Below are positions 37,588 through 47,312 of a stretch of DNA of 64,000 bases, piece by piece; the stretch's first letter is position 1, and each line of letters begins with the position of its first letter. The position numbers were made by a program, and so were the translations under genes. Below the pieces are notes generated by a model. That model searched no databases. It was not told where the DNA came from and was given only the letters and a program-made list of their open reading frames with translations. This DNA comes from an uncultured Thermoproteaceae archaeon (GTDB lineage Archaea; Thermoproteota; Thermoprotei; Thermoproteales; Thermocladiaceae): assembly GCA_964575955.1 (NCBI GenBank), contig CAZNTG010000003.1, forward strand, positions 32,001-96,000. The letters run 5' to 3'.

Positions 37588-39735
37588 ATGCCTCACTGTC
37601 TTAAATGTGCAATAGCAGTATTAATATTTGCACTTCTAGCACTATCATGTGCGTTTGCTATCACTATATCGCATCCTCATAGACAGGGTGTGGCTATACC
37701 GACAGAGATGGTTACTAAATTCAAAATAGTTGCAAATGAGACATTAATACCTTTTAACACAACGCATTTCTCTATATACGTCCTTACTAAGCCTCTAATG
37801 AATGTTTGGGATATAGCTAATGTACTTGAGGATGCTTATAGTAGAGTAATAGCTAAATACCAACTACCACCTCCCTGTGAAGGGAATAGATACATAGTAT
37901 ATATAAACCTCAATGGCTCCCCCGACTATCCGCTTACCTTTGTATGGGACTGGTTTTACGTATTCTCTTATAGAAATTCTTCGAACTATATATACAGCTA
38001 TTGTATTGATTACATGGTGTTTTCACCCTTCGTGACATTTTCAAGCGATTATTTCGAAAGCTATGTAGTTCAAGCTTTCCTAGACATGGTAGCCCTAAGC
38101 CATGTTAGATATACAAATATTCTTAATGAATTCTTAAATGGAAACTTATCATGGTACGACTATGCCTTAGATAATGTTTTAACATACCTAACATATAGAC
38201 CGTCATATACGGTATTTCTGTACAACGATGCGTTACACTTCATAAAGTATAATAAAACTTATCTCTATGGTCCTCTTCAGCTAAGTTCAGCATATTGGCC
38301 ATATTATGCAACAATAATGTACTATGTTGTGAAGAAGCTCGGTCCATCTTATCTGCTTAATATGCTCTCAAGACCCTCCCTCGAGAGTATACTAATGGAT
38401 GAAAGGTTCCTTAATGCACTAAAAGACTCATATGTTTCGTTAATGAGAGGTTTTGTACTCAATAAGTCTCTAGTTCCAAAGTTTAGAGATATAGGTACCG
38501 GCTCAACATATGTTAAAATATCGCCTCCAGATGCTCATTACTACGTATTTATGGGACCAGCAGGACGTTATACAATAAAGGTGCAGTATTTTGGTCCATT
38601 TAAGTCGTATATATACGTTGAAGGAAGGGGATACATTAGTAATGGTGACTCTGTATACTTAGAGCCTGGAACGAAGATTGTTGTAATATTCTTACCAACA
38701 AGCTTGGATGGCTGGATTACTAATACCACAGGAGTTATAAAGATTGTTAAGGCATATACTGCTGGACCAGTAACGGGTATGAGGGTTGTTGTTAAGGGTA
38801 TTAGTTTGCTTGTTGGTAGTGTTGGTGATGTTGATGTGTATCTTGTGAATGCGTCTAATGTTGCTGGTATTCGTTTAACATTGTGTTATAATCCTTATGT
38901 TATTAATGTTGTAAATGTTGTTCCTCTATACAATTTTGAGCTATTTACCAAGTCAGTAAATATGACTTGTGTAAAGATTGCTGGTATATCTAGTCAGCCG
39001 ATATCCGGAAGGTATGTACCAATTGTTAGGTTGGTTGTTAAGGGTATCTCTGTTGGTGTTAGTAAGATATGGGGCTATGCTACAATATCAACAGCATCTG
39101 GAGTTCCAATAAATGTCCCGGTAGTTCCAGGAGTTGTTAGAGTTGTAAGGTCAATGTGTAAGATAGTTCTAACTCCTGTTTCTACCATATCTGTAGGTTC
39201 TATTGGAAAGATAGGTATCTATCTAGTGAATTGCTCATCTGCAGCAGGTATAGACTTAGCATTAACAATTGTCTCTAATGTCACAACACTACAACCAATA
39301 TTGAAGTTTATAAAATTTGAGAAAGGTCAATTTGTCACGATAGTTAATGGCTTTGTACAAGTATCTATTCACGATAATACTATCCATATAGTGATTGCTG
39401 GTTCTAGACCATGCGGTATGAGTAGAGTATTGATAGGGTATGTAGACGTTAAAGCACTATCATCAGGAACTGTAACCATAGTGGGCAATGGAACAGTATC
39501 AACATACTCCGGAGAAGTCATTCCCGTACTAGTTACTCCACTAACGTTGAAAATATCTAAAGTCTTAATGTGTGATTTCAATCATAATGGTAGGCTTGAT
39601 ATTGGTGATGTTGTTCTTGCTCTTAGAACTTTGTTAGGAACATACCACAGTAATGTACCATGCGATCTAAACCACAACGGAAAACTAGACATAGGAGACA
39701 TAGTACTCCTACTAAGAAAACTACTAGGAAGCTAA
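37588..39735 (+). CDS. Secreted protein: N-terminal domain + two cohesin-like domains + C-terminal dockerin
   Basis: Signal peptide; VYLVNASNVAGIRLTLCYNP and IYLVNCSSAAGIDLAL cohesin-like starts; duplicated Ca-loop CDFNHNGRLDIGDVV / CDLNHNGKLDIGDIV. Confidence 0.82.
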   Translation: MPHCLKCAIAVLIFALLALSCAFAITISHPHRQGVAIPTEMVTKFKIVANETLIPFNTTHFSIYVLTKPLMNVWDIANVLEDAYSRVIAKYQLPPPCEGNRYIVYINLNGSPDYPLTFVWDWFYVFSYRNSSNYIYSYCIDYMVFSPFVTFSSDYFESYVVQAFLDMVALSHVRYTNILNEFLNGNLSWYDYALDNVLTYLTYRPSYTVFLYNDALHFIKYNKTYLYGPLQLSSAYWPYYATIMYYVVKKLGPSYLLNMLSRPSLESILMDERFLNALKDSYVSLMRGFVLNKSLVPKFRDIGTGSTYVKISPPDAHYYVFMGPAGRYTIKVQYFGPFKSYIYVEGRGYISNGDSVYLEPGTKIVVIFLPTSLDGWITNTTGVIKIVKAYTAGPVTGMRVVVKGISLLVGSVGDVDVYLVNASNVAGIRLTLCYNPYVINVVNVVPLYNFELFTKSVNMTCVKIAGISSQPISGRYVPIVRLVVKGISVGVSKIWGYATISTASGVPINVPVVPGVVRVVRSMCKIVLTPVSTISVGSIGKIGIYLVNCSSAAGIDLALTIVSNVTTLQPILKFIKFEKGQFVTIVNGFVQVSIHDNTIHIVIAGSRPCGMSRVLIGYVDVKALSSGTVTIVGNGTVSTYSGEVIPVLVTPLTLKISKVLMCDFNHNGRLDIGDVVLALRTLLGTYHSNVPCDLNHNGKLDIGDIVLLLRKLLGS

Positions 39736-39805
39736 CTATCTAAAAACTAACCTTCCTCTAAAAACCCCTCCTTAAACAATATATTTTTTACATATCTTAG
39801 TTCTA

Positions 39806-39855
39806 TCAGCTGTAATACCATTCTTCATTTGTTCGGGGGTCGGGGTATTCATCAT
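39806..39855 (-). ncRNA. C/D-box methylation guide sRNA
   Basis: Minus strand: C ATGATGA, D' CCGA, C' ATGAAGA, D CTGA; guides ACCCCGACC and TGGTATTAC complement crenarchaeal 16S 530-region GGTCGGGGT and GTAATACCA. Confidence 0.86.
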
Positions 39856-39974
39856 CGTGTACGTATTTAAATATCCTACATTTAATATATTTCGTGCATT
39901 TATAGTTCTCTTCTTCCTGTTTCTGTGCAGGGGGTTTATATGTGTTTCAGGTAAGATATTTTTGAGGGTCTTAA

Positions 39975-42900
39975 ATGAGTAAGTTGATTGATCTTGAGCT
40001 TGAGTATATAAATAGGACTAGCTGGTTGGTTAGGGAGAATGCTAATGTTAATGAGTCTGCTATTACATTATTTTGGTATGTTGCTAAGCAGAGTATTCTT
40101 GATGATGTTTTGAAGTTTATACCTCCGAGAGCTGTTAAGGCTCATAGAGAGGGTTGGATTCATATTAATAAGCTGTTTGATGGCGGTTGGTATTTACCAT
40201 ACTGTTGTGGTGTTGATACTGCTAGAATATTGCAGAAAGGTTTGATAACTCCAAACATATCTTCAAAACCTCCAAAACATCTTGATAGTGCTGTTGATCA
40301 ATTAGCAAACTTCATAATGATGATGGCTCAGGAGAGGAGTGTTACAGGTGATACGCCAGTACTGGTCAAGGTTGGTAATGTGTGGAAGATATTCACTATA
40401 GAGGAACTATATAGAGATTATGGTTCTGATAAGATTATTCATGTTCTAGCATTCACACCTGAGGGTAAGATTGTTGAAGCTCCTGCAAGAATTGTATACC
40501 ATGGTAAGCATAGAGTTATCAGGATAACACTTGAAGATGGTAGTTGGATTGATGTAACACCTGACCATAGTGTATTTAAGTATGAGAATGGTAAGATAGT
40601 ACTTGTAAAAGCTGGAGATCTAAAGGTTGGTGATAGCCTAGTAATACCACATAGACTAAACATACCTACAAGAAGACTAGAGATTGAAAGTTTTGCAATA
40701 TGTGATGGTGGTGAGATACCTGTAGAGATGTTTGAAATAGATGAAGATCATGTTAAGAAATTCTTAAAGAAGGTATTTCACAAGTTTGGAAGAGTTATAG
40801 AAAATGCTAATGGTATATCTTTAGAGTTTAGCATATGTTCATGGAGATTTGCAGTTGGATTAGTATATCTATTAGCAAGATTTGGAATTAGATCAAGAGT
40901 TGTATCTAGCGATGATGGTAGTTTTAAGGTTATCATAGACATACCTGAGAGTGTTGAGAAATTTGTAAGATTTATAGATCTTGAAGAGTCTATGTACAAG
41001 TTTGAGACTTATCGTAAGAGCGTTATCGTTCCTATTCCAGGAACTGATCTTGCGTATGTTAAGATTGTTAAGATTGAAGATGTTGGTGAACGTGATGTCT
41101 ATGATTTTGAAGTTCCTCCGTTAGAGAACTTTATTGCTGGTTGGTCACCAATATGTTTACATAATACTGGTGCTATCGGTCTTAATGCTATTGATCTATA
41201 CTTAGCACCATACATTGCACATGACAAGCTTGATTATGAGCAGGTTAAGCAATGTATTCAGAGGTTCATATATAATCTAAACTATACTACAAGAGTTGGA
41301 TATCAGACACCATTTAGCAATGTAACATTCGGTCTAGGTGTTAAGGAGTACTATTCAGCACCTGCATATGTTGGTGGTAGGATTGTTGGTAAGTTGGGAG
41401 ATTATGTTGAGGAAGCTAAGCTAGTATTGAAAGCATTTTGTGAAATACTTCTTGAAGGTGATGCTTATGGTAGACCGTTTAGTGTTGCTGGTGATGAGAT
41501 TACAATAGCTAGATTAGATGGTAGGTTAGTGATAGATGAGATTGGTAAAATTATTGATAAGCTATTTGAAAAATATGGAGACTATGTTCTAAAGTTTGGA
41601 AAATATGAAATATTACCATTGGCTGGTCTTGATGTTAATTTGGAAGTATTAGGTATCTCCAATGCAGTACCAACATTCCAAAAGGTGCTATATTTGGCAA
41701 GACATAGAGAGGATAGTGTTATTGAGATTAAGACTGATAGAGGATTTACAATCAAGGTTACAGATTCACACTCTGTACTTGTATGGGAAGGTGGTAAAAT
41801 AGTTGTTAAGGAGGCTAAAGATTTGAAGATAGGCGATGAACTTGTTGCATTAATATCACTTCCAGAGTTTGGAAGAGTAGATAGGTATGAGTATGTGAAT
41901 ATTGCAAAACTATTGAGAGAACATGTTCAAAATGTTGAGGATGTGTATGTTAAATCTCGTAGTGGAGAAGTATTACCATTATCTGAAGTTGATGTATCAG
42001 TATTGACAGATGAGGATGAGATATTTACAACTAGTGATAGGGTTGTAGTACCTGCGGTTATTAAGCTAGATGAAGAGTTTAGCTATCTACTCGGAATATT
42101 CACTATGAGAGGTATTTTAGAGAATTGTAAAGTCGTATTTAGATTTAATATTGATGAGTTTGATATTGCTAAGCGTGTAGTATCGATATTTGAGAATGTG
42201 TTTGGAATTAAGCCAATATTAAGATTCTATGGTGATAGTATACTTGTTGAGGTAGATTCTAGAATAGTTTCAGAATTGTTTAAGATATTTAATGTTGATC
42301 ATATACTTGAATCTTCACCAATAGTTAAGATTTCATTTATATCAGGTATTGTAGATTCTATACAAGACTTAGAGCTTGATAATGATGAAGTTGTTTTGAA
42401 GTTTAGTAATAAGAAGTTGATGTATCTCATAACTTATCTACTTCTAAGTCTTGGAATTGAAGTTTATGCAGGTGATAGTGGTCTAGTATTGAGGTATAGT
42501 CCTCTATATAGAGAATTCTCTAGATTTAGCATCAAGCTATCTAAGACATGTACAGGTAAGTCTGTGAGTTGTGTAGTTGCTGATGGTTGTGGATTTGTAG
42601 GCAGGTTGAAGGTTGTTGACATTAGAAGGGTTGAGTATAGTGGTTATGTGTATGACTTTACTACATCTAGTGAAAACTTCCTTGCAGGTGTTGTAGTTGT
42701 ACATAACACATTCCCAATACCAACAATAATACTTACTAATGATTGGATTAAGATAGTTGAAAGTGATGCAGAGCTTAGTGATCTATTTTGGAGATGTGTT
42801 GCTGAGCGTGGAAGTTTCTACTTCCTAAATAGTCTGACAAGTGATAGAACAGGAATATTCAGCTTCTGCTGTAGATTGACTGTTGATGTTAGAAAGGTTG

Positions 42901-43883
42901 TAGAGTATCTACATATGAGTAGAGGTGTATGGGCATTACCACCAAGTACTGGAAGTATTGGATATATAACGATAAACCTGCCTAGAATTGCTATTGAAGC
43001 ATCTATGAGAGGAGATGCTGAGAAGTATGTAGATGAACTACTTTATGAGTATATGAATATTGGTAGAGAAGTTCTAAATATACTCAGAGCAAGATATACA
43101 AAATTGCATAAGTTAGGTTACTATCCACTAACCAGACTGTACATAGATGAGCATGATCCATTTAAATACTACTATAATACTATTGCAGTTACAGGAATGG
43201 CAGAGTATGTATCTATAATATTGAATGAGCCTAAACTATGGTTTAGAGAGATAAGTTTTGATGGTAGAGAATATGTTAAAGATGTTATTAGAGTATATAA
43301 GAGAACTTTTGAATATATGGGTAAGATATTGGAAGAGTTTGAAGAAGAGGATAGAGTATTATACAACCTAGAACAAGCACCTGCAGAGTCTAGTAGTTAT
43401 AAGTTTGCTAGACTTGACTGGGAGAGATATCCAAAGTTTAGAGAATTCATACCACACGGTGTTGATCCATTTACAGGACGTGAAGAGCCATATTACACAA
43501 GTCAGAATACTCCACCATATACATCATGGAGAATTCAAACACAGATAGCTGTTGAGTCTGAAATTCAGAAGTTATTTACAGGTGGTGTAATGAAGCACAT
43601 ATTTGTCCATAGACCTGTAAAGAGTGAGAAAGTTAGAGAGTTGGTACTGTCTATATGTGAGAAGACTGATATAGTATATCTAAGCTATGCACCAACACAG
43701 AGTATATGTCTAGATTGTGGATATAGAACTACAGAGGTAATTTGGGAATGTCCAAAGTGTGGTAGTAAGAATGTTGAACAGTGGACTAGGATTGTGGGAT
43801 ATTATAGACCTGTTAGGAGTTGGAATCCAGGTAGAAGAACAGAATTTGCTATGAGAAGAGATTTTGCACAAGATTTTGCATAA
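39975..43883 (+). CDS. nrdD: Anaerobic (class III) ribonucleoside-triphosphate reductase with two inteins
   Basis: AH.EG.IHI, PYCCG, QTPFSNVT, GRPF/TFPIPT, FCCRL, EQAPAES, CLDCG..CPKCG, RIVGYYRPV glycyl loop. Confidence 0.95.
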   Translation: MSKLIDLELEYINRTSWLVRENANVNESAITLFWYVAKQSILDDVLKFIPPRAVKAHREGWIHINKLFDGGWYLPYCCGVDTARILQKGLITPNISSKPPKHLDSAVDQLANFIMMMAQERSVTGDTPVLVKVGNVWKIFTIEELYRDYGSDKIIHVLAFTPEGKIVEAPARIVYHGKHRVIRITLEDGSWIDVTPDHSVFKYENGKIVLVKAGDLKVGDSLVIPHRLNIPTRRLEIESFAICDGGEIPVEMFEIDEDHVKKFLKKVFHKFGRVIENANGISLEFSICSWRFAVGLVYLLARFGIRSRVVSSDDGSFKVIIDIPESVEKFVRFIDLEESMYKFETYRKSVIVPIPGTDLAYVKIVKIEDVGERDVYDFEVPPLENFIAGWSPICLHNTGAIGLNAIDLYLAPYIAHDKLDYEQVKQCIQRFIYNLNYTTRVGYQTPFSNVTFGLGVKEYYSAPAYVGGRIVGKLGDYVEEAKLVLKAFCEILLEGDAYGRPFSVAGDEITIARLDGRLVIDEIGKIIDKLFEKYGDYVLKFGKYEILPLAGLDVNLEVLGISNAVPTFQKVLYLARHREDSVIEIKTDRGFTIKVTDSHSVLVWEGGKIVVKEAKDLKIGDELVALISLPEFGRVDRYEYVNIAKLLREHVQNVEDVYVKSRSGEVLPLSEVDVSVLTDEDEIFTTSDRVVVPAVIKLDEEFSYLLGIFTMRGILENCKVVFRFNIDEFDIAKRVVSIFENVFGIKPILRFYGDSILVEVDSRIVSELFKIFNVDHILESSPIVKISFISGIVDSIQDLELDNDEVVLKFSNKKLMYLITYLLLSLGIEVYAGDSGLVLRYSPLYREFSRFSIKLSKTCTGKSVSCVVADGCGFVGRLKVVDIRRVEYSGYVYDFTTSSENFLAGVVVVHNTFPIPTIILTNDWIKIVESDAELSDLFWRCVAERGSFYFLNSLTSDRTGIFSFCCRLTVDVRKVVEYLHMSRGVWALPPSTGSIGYITINLPRIAIEASMRGDAEKYVDELLYEYMNIGREVLNILRARYTKLHKLGYYPLTRLYIDEHDPFKYYYNTIAVTGMAEYVSIILNEPKLWFREISFDGREYVKDVIRVYKRTFEYMGKILEEFEEEDRVLYNLEQAPAESSSYKFARLDWERYPKFREFIPHGVDPFTGREEPYYTSQNTPPYTSWRIQTQIAVESEIQKLFTGGVMKHIFVHRPVKSEKVRELVLSICEKTDIVYLSYAPTQSICLDCGYRTTEVIWECPKCGSKNVEQWTRIVGYYRPVRSWNPGRRTEFAMRRDFAQDFA
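40338..41165 (+). mobile_element. Intein 1 in NrdD (276 aa, degenerate LAGLIDADG remnant)
   Basis: Begins SVTGDTPVLV; block B VTPDHSVF; ends VYDFEV..LENFIAG...CLHN, then T. Confidence 0.93.
41481..42707 (+). mobile_element. Intein 2 in NrdD (409 aa, degenerate LAGLIDADG domain)
   Basis: Begins SVAGDE; block B VTDSHSV; ends VYDFTTSSENFLAGVVVVHN, then T; splicing restores GRPFTFPIPT. Confidence 0.93.
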
Positions 43884-43885
43884 TT

Positions 43886-44464
43886 TTAATATCTTGGAGC
43901 TGACTTTATAATTTCTAAAGCCTGTACAACTCTTCTAAGAACTTCTAGATCACGTATCAATCTCTCGTATGTAGTATCATCAATCTCGCCTCTATTCTTA
44001 GCTGATTCTATCTCTTGTAGAAGTATGTCTATCTTTTCAGTACTTATAGTCATGGTATCTATTGATCTTATCCAATGTTCTTTAATCATATTTTCAATCT
44101 CGTCATACTTACGTTTCAACTCTTCGTATAGTGTGCTTATTCTTGATATAACTTCATTTAATGTTGCAAGTCCTGAACTGTATGTTTCTTCATCTATAAT
44201 CTCTAACTCTCTCTTAACTCTCAACATCTCTATCATCTGTTTTGCAAGATCTAGCTCATTTTTCAATTCTTCAATCTTTGAGTATATTAATGCATTATCA
44301 ATATCCCATCTCCTCTTCAATTCTTCTACAGCTCTCTTATACTCTTGCCATAGTTGTGAAACTTTTTCAAGAAGTTGTTTATACTCTTCATACTTCCTAT
44401 TTACAAATTCTTGAATTGCCTCTATATACGTGCTTAATCTTCTTTCTAATTCTGATGTCGACAT
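43886..44464 (-). CDS. Coiled-coil protein with CdvA-like repeats
   Basis: All-helical; LEIIDEETY and GEIDDTTYERL helix-hairpin motifs. Confidence 0.6.
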   Translation of the reverse strand: MSTSELERRLSTYIEAIQEFVNRKYEEYKQLLEKVSQLWQEYKRAVEELKRRWDIDNALIYSKIEELKNELDLAKQMIEMLRVKRELEIIDEETYSSGLATLNEVISRISTLYEELKRKYDEIENMIKEHWIRSIDTMTISTEKIDILLQEIESAKNRGEIDDTTYERLIRDLEVLRRVVQALEIIKSAPRY

Positions 44465-44473
44465 AGTATATCA

Positions 44474-45229
44474 CTAACTTAGAAGACTTTCAAGCTCACG
44501 TTTAAGTCTCTCATATACCTCACGACTAATCTTACCATCTCTTAACAATTCGTCAAGTCTTGTAAGTATAACTCTCATCTTACCAACTTCAGGTGTTGGT
44601 ACAACTGTCAGCAATTTCTTAACATGTGATATTATTCCACCTGAAATATATTCAAATCTTCTATACAACTCATCAAACACTCTTCTAAGTTTTGATAATC
44701 TATTCTCAATCTCTTCTCTAAGTTTACTATATTGCTCATCATCTAGTATTCCAAGATCTTTACGATAATCTAACTCTTTTAAATCTAGTTCATACATCGA
44801 TATTATTCTTTTTAATAGTTCTAGATGATGTTCTATCAATATTCTCTGCTTATCAAATTGTGTTCTAGTATTATTAACATATTCTTCATATTCTCTCCAC
44901 TTTCTATCAAGTTCTGAAACTCTATTTTCAAAATCTTGAATAATTTTTTCAAGATCTTCAATAATCATATCTTCATACTCTCTAGAAGGCTTTACAGCTA
45001 CTTCTACAGGTTTTGTCTCTACAGGTTTTACTTCTGCACTTTCTATCGTCTGAACTTGTTGTGTTTCTGGTTTTGTCTCTATAGCAGCCCTATGTCTAAT
45101 ATATATTGGACATGTAATGTAGTCAAGAAAGCAATACCATGCATATGGATTAACTGGCTTGTTAGTAAATGAGCATATATACATATCTCCCTCTCTCCTT
45201 AATGCTGGACATACAGCACTTCGAGACAT
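44474..45229 (-). CDS. Cys4 N-terminal domain + CdvA-like coiled-coil protein
   Basis: CP..C..C..CPIY, KPVE linker repeats, LGILDDEQY and GKISREVYERLKREL. Confidence 0.6.
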   Translation of the reverse strand: MSRSAVCPALRREGDMYICSFTNKPVNPYAWYCFLDYITCPIYIRHRAAIETKPETQQVQTIESAEVKPVETKPVEVAVKPSREYEDMIIEDLEKIIQDFENRVSELDRKWREYEEYVNNTRTQFDKQRILIEHHLELLKRIISMYELDLKELDYRKDLGILDDEQYSKLREEIENRLSKLRRVFDELYRRFEYISGGIISHVKKLLTVVPTPEVGKMRVILTRLDELLRDGKISREVYERLKRELESLLS

Positions 45230-45234
45230 ATGTA

Positions 45235-45966
45235 TTACCTAGACATGGGGTGATATATACTATCCTCATTTAATAAAGATACAGTTTTAATATAGTCTAA
45301 ATGTGTTCCAATATCGATAACATCATCTTCTAAACATTCTAAATCTATGTAACTAACATTAACTTTTCTACTAACAAGCTCTCTAAATAGAATATTCATA
45401 TCTACCATATCATACATAGTTTCAAGATGTTCCAATATTGGATATATGGCTTCAAGATTTATGTAATATATTCCTGATATAGTACTAAATTCAGGTTTTT
45501 CAACCCATCTCAATTCTCCATCACTTACAATAATGCCATATTTAAACTTTCTACGTATAGTAAATATTGTAAGTATACTACCACTATCTATACAAGTTTC
45601 AACTTTCTTCATAATATTTTCAATACATCGTTTAGATATGTATAGATCCCCGTTAATTAGAATTATGTTCTTAAACCTATACTTCAAATATACATTTTTT
45701 AAATGTCCTGCTGTACCTCTTAATTTAGAATCTACTAATGTTTCAACATTTAGATATTTTAGATATCTTTCGTATGGATATGCGCAATATCCTAATACTA
45801 TGACAATTTTAGAATCTTTCAATACTTCTCTTATATTTTTCACAATGTTTAGTAATGTGCTGAATTTTCTAGATATAGGTACGAGAGGTTTTGGTGTTAT
45901 GTATGTTAATGGTTTTAATCTCTTACCTGCACCTGCTGCTAATACTACTACATCTATAATAGTTAT
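45235..45966 (-). CDS. Sugar-phosphate nucleotidyltransferase family protein (non-canonical start)
   Basis: In-frame extension upstream of the tracked ORF gives VVVLAAGAGKRLKPLTYITPKPLVPI; also GTAG, NGD, YG, EKP, DIGT. Confidence 0.85.
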   Translation of the reverse strand: MTIIDVVVLAAGAGKRLKPLTYITPKPLVPISRKFSTLLNIVKNIREVLKDSKIVIVLGYCAYPYERYLKYLNVETLVDSKLRGTAGHLKNVYLKYRFKNIILINGDLYISKRCIENIMKKVETCIDSGSILTIFTIRRKFKYGIIVSDGELRWVEKPEFSTISGIYYINLEAIYPILEHLETMYDMVDMNILFRELVSRKVNVSYIDLECLEDDVIDIGTHLDYIKTVSLLNEDSIYHPMSR

Positions 45967-45970
45967 GCAC

Positions 45971-46297
45971 CTATAGGTAGTCTTCTAGACCTATCTTCTT
46001 TAATTTAGCTCTAACTTTTTCAACATCTTTCTCAAGTTTCTTAGCTTCCTTAACTATGTCTATCTCTGGAGCTTCTTCATGTCTCTTACTCTTTAGACAT
46101 TTTCCATCAGGTGATAGTGCACGTGCCATACATGATGCAAATTGACATCTAGCACCTATGCATTGATCATTTGTTAATGTACATATTACCTGTACATTAC
46201 TTCCTCTTCTAATTATTCTAAGACACTTCTTTAAACATCTAAAATCTGGACATCTTGGTCCTTCACATTCTTTTAGTCCTTCACTATTGGTTTTCAT
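45971..46297 (-). CDS. Small Cys-rich (putative metal-binding) protein
   Basis: C...CP.FRC...C; C.....QCIG..C.FA.C...AL.PDG.C. Confidence 0.7.
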   Translation of the reverse strand: MKTNSEGLKECEGPRCPDFRCLKKCLRIIRRGSNVQVICTLTNDQCIGARCQFASCMARALSPDGKCLKSKRHEEAPEIDIVKEAKKLEKDVEKVRAKLKKIGLEDYL

Positions 46298-46338
46298 TAA
46301 TGTTACATGTATTATATCTTGACTAGTACTTAATAACT

Positions 46339-47301
46339 TTACTTTTCTAAAACCTGGCTTTGCAATATTTCTGCTTCTCTTCTACACCCATTTTCAAGTA
46401 GAAATCTGTATACTTCATATGGTTCTGGTACATTACTACCACCTCTCTTAGTACATTTTAATGCTGAGTATGCAGATGCTATCTTTCCAGCAATTTCTGG
46501 TTCTACACCTAGAATTCTCATGTATGTATATACTGCTGAATATACATCACCAGCACCTGTAGTATCAATAACATTAACTTTAAATGGCTGTATTAGATAT
46601 TTAGAATCTTCAATAATTATAAGACTACCTCTATCTCCTAGAGTTATTATAAATTCCCTACATTTATCATATAGATCTCTAATCTTATGTTCAAAATTTT
46701 CTGTCTTAAACATTAGATATGCTTCTTGAAAATTCATGAACATATAGTTAAATCTTATATCAAACTTTTCAATAAAATCTATGCCTAGTTTAGCAATTTC
46801 TGTTCTAAGTCCTAAAGATATAGATTTTACATTTATACTACTAATCTTCTCTAACACCTCTTTCAATACTTCAATCTCAGATAATACTACATGTACATGA
46901 TCTACATTTTCTAATACTTTCAAATCTTCATCCGTCAATGTTAGATATTTATTAGCACCTGAATTTCCTATCATATACTTCACACCTCTATTATCAACTA
47001 TGACTATTACAAATCCTGTTGTCTCATTTACTCTCTTTATATGTTTAATATCAATGTTGAGAACTTTCAATCTATCTATCAGGAAATCTCCAATCACATC
47101 TAGACCACATGAAGCTATTAGAATTGAGTATCCGCACAATTTTGATATTGTTATTGCATAGTTTGTAGCTGCACCTCCTGGAGCTATATACGCTTCTCTA
47201 CATGTTTCTCTAGAGTCTGGCTTAGGAATTTCATCAACTCTTACATATATGTCAAGATTTAGATGACCTATAGATGCTACTCTAGGTTTCACATTATCCA
47301 A
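46339..47301 (-). CDS. PfkB/ribokinase-family carbohydrate kinase
   Basis: PGGAATN, N..EA, ITLG.RG, DTTGAGD. Confidence 0.93.
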   Translation of the reverse strand: MDNVKPRVASIGHLNLDIYVRVDEIPKPDSRETCREAYIAPGGAATNYAITISKLCGYSILIASCGLDVIGDFLIDRLKVLNIDIKHIKRVNETTGFVIVIVDNRGVKYMIGNSGANKYLTLTDEDLKVLENVDHVHVVLSEIEVLKEVLEKISSINVKSISLGLRTEIAKLGIDFIEKFDIRFNYMFMNFQEAYLMFKTENFEHKIRDLYDKCREFIITLGDRGSLIIIEDSKYLIQPFKVNVIDTTGAGDVYSAVYTYMRILGVEPEIAGKIASAYSALKCTKRGGSNVPEPYEVYRFLLENGCRREAEILQSQVLEK

Positions 47302-47312
47302 CTTTTAAATAC

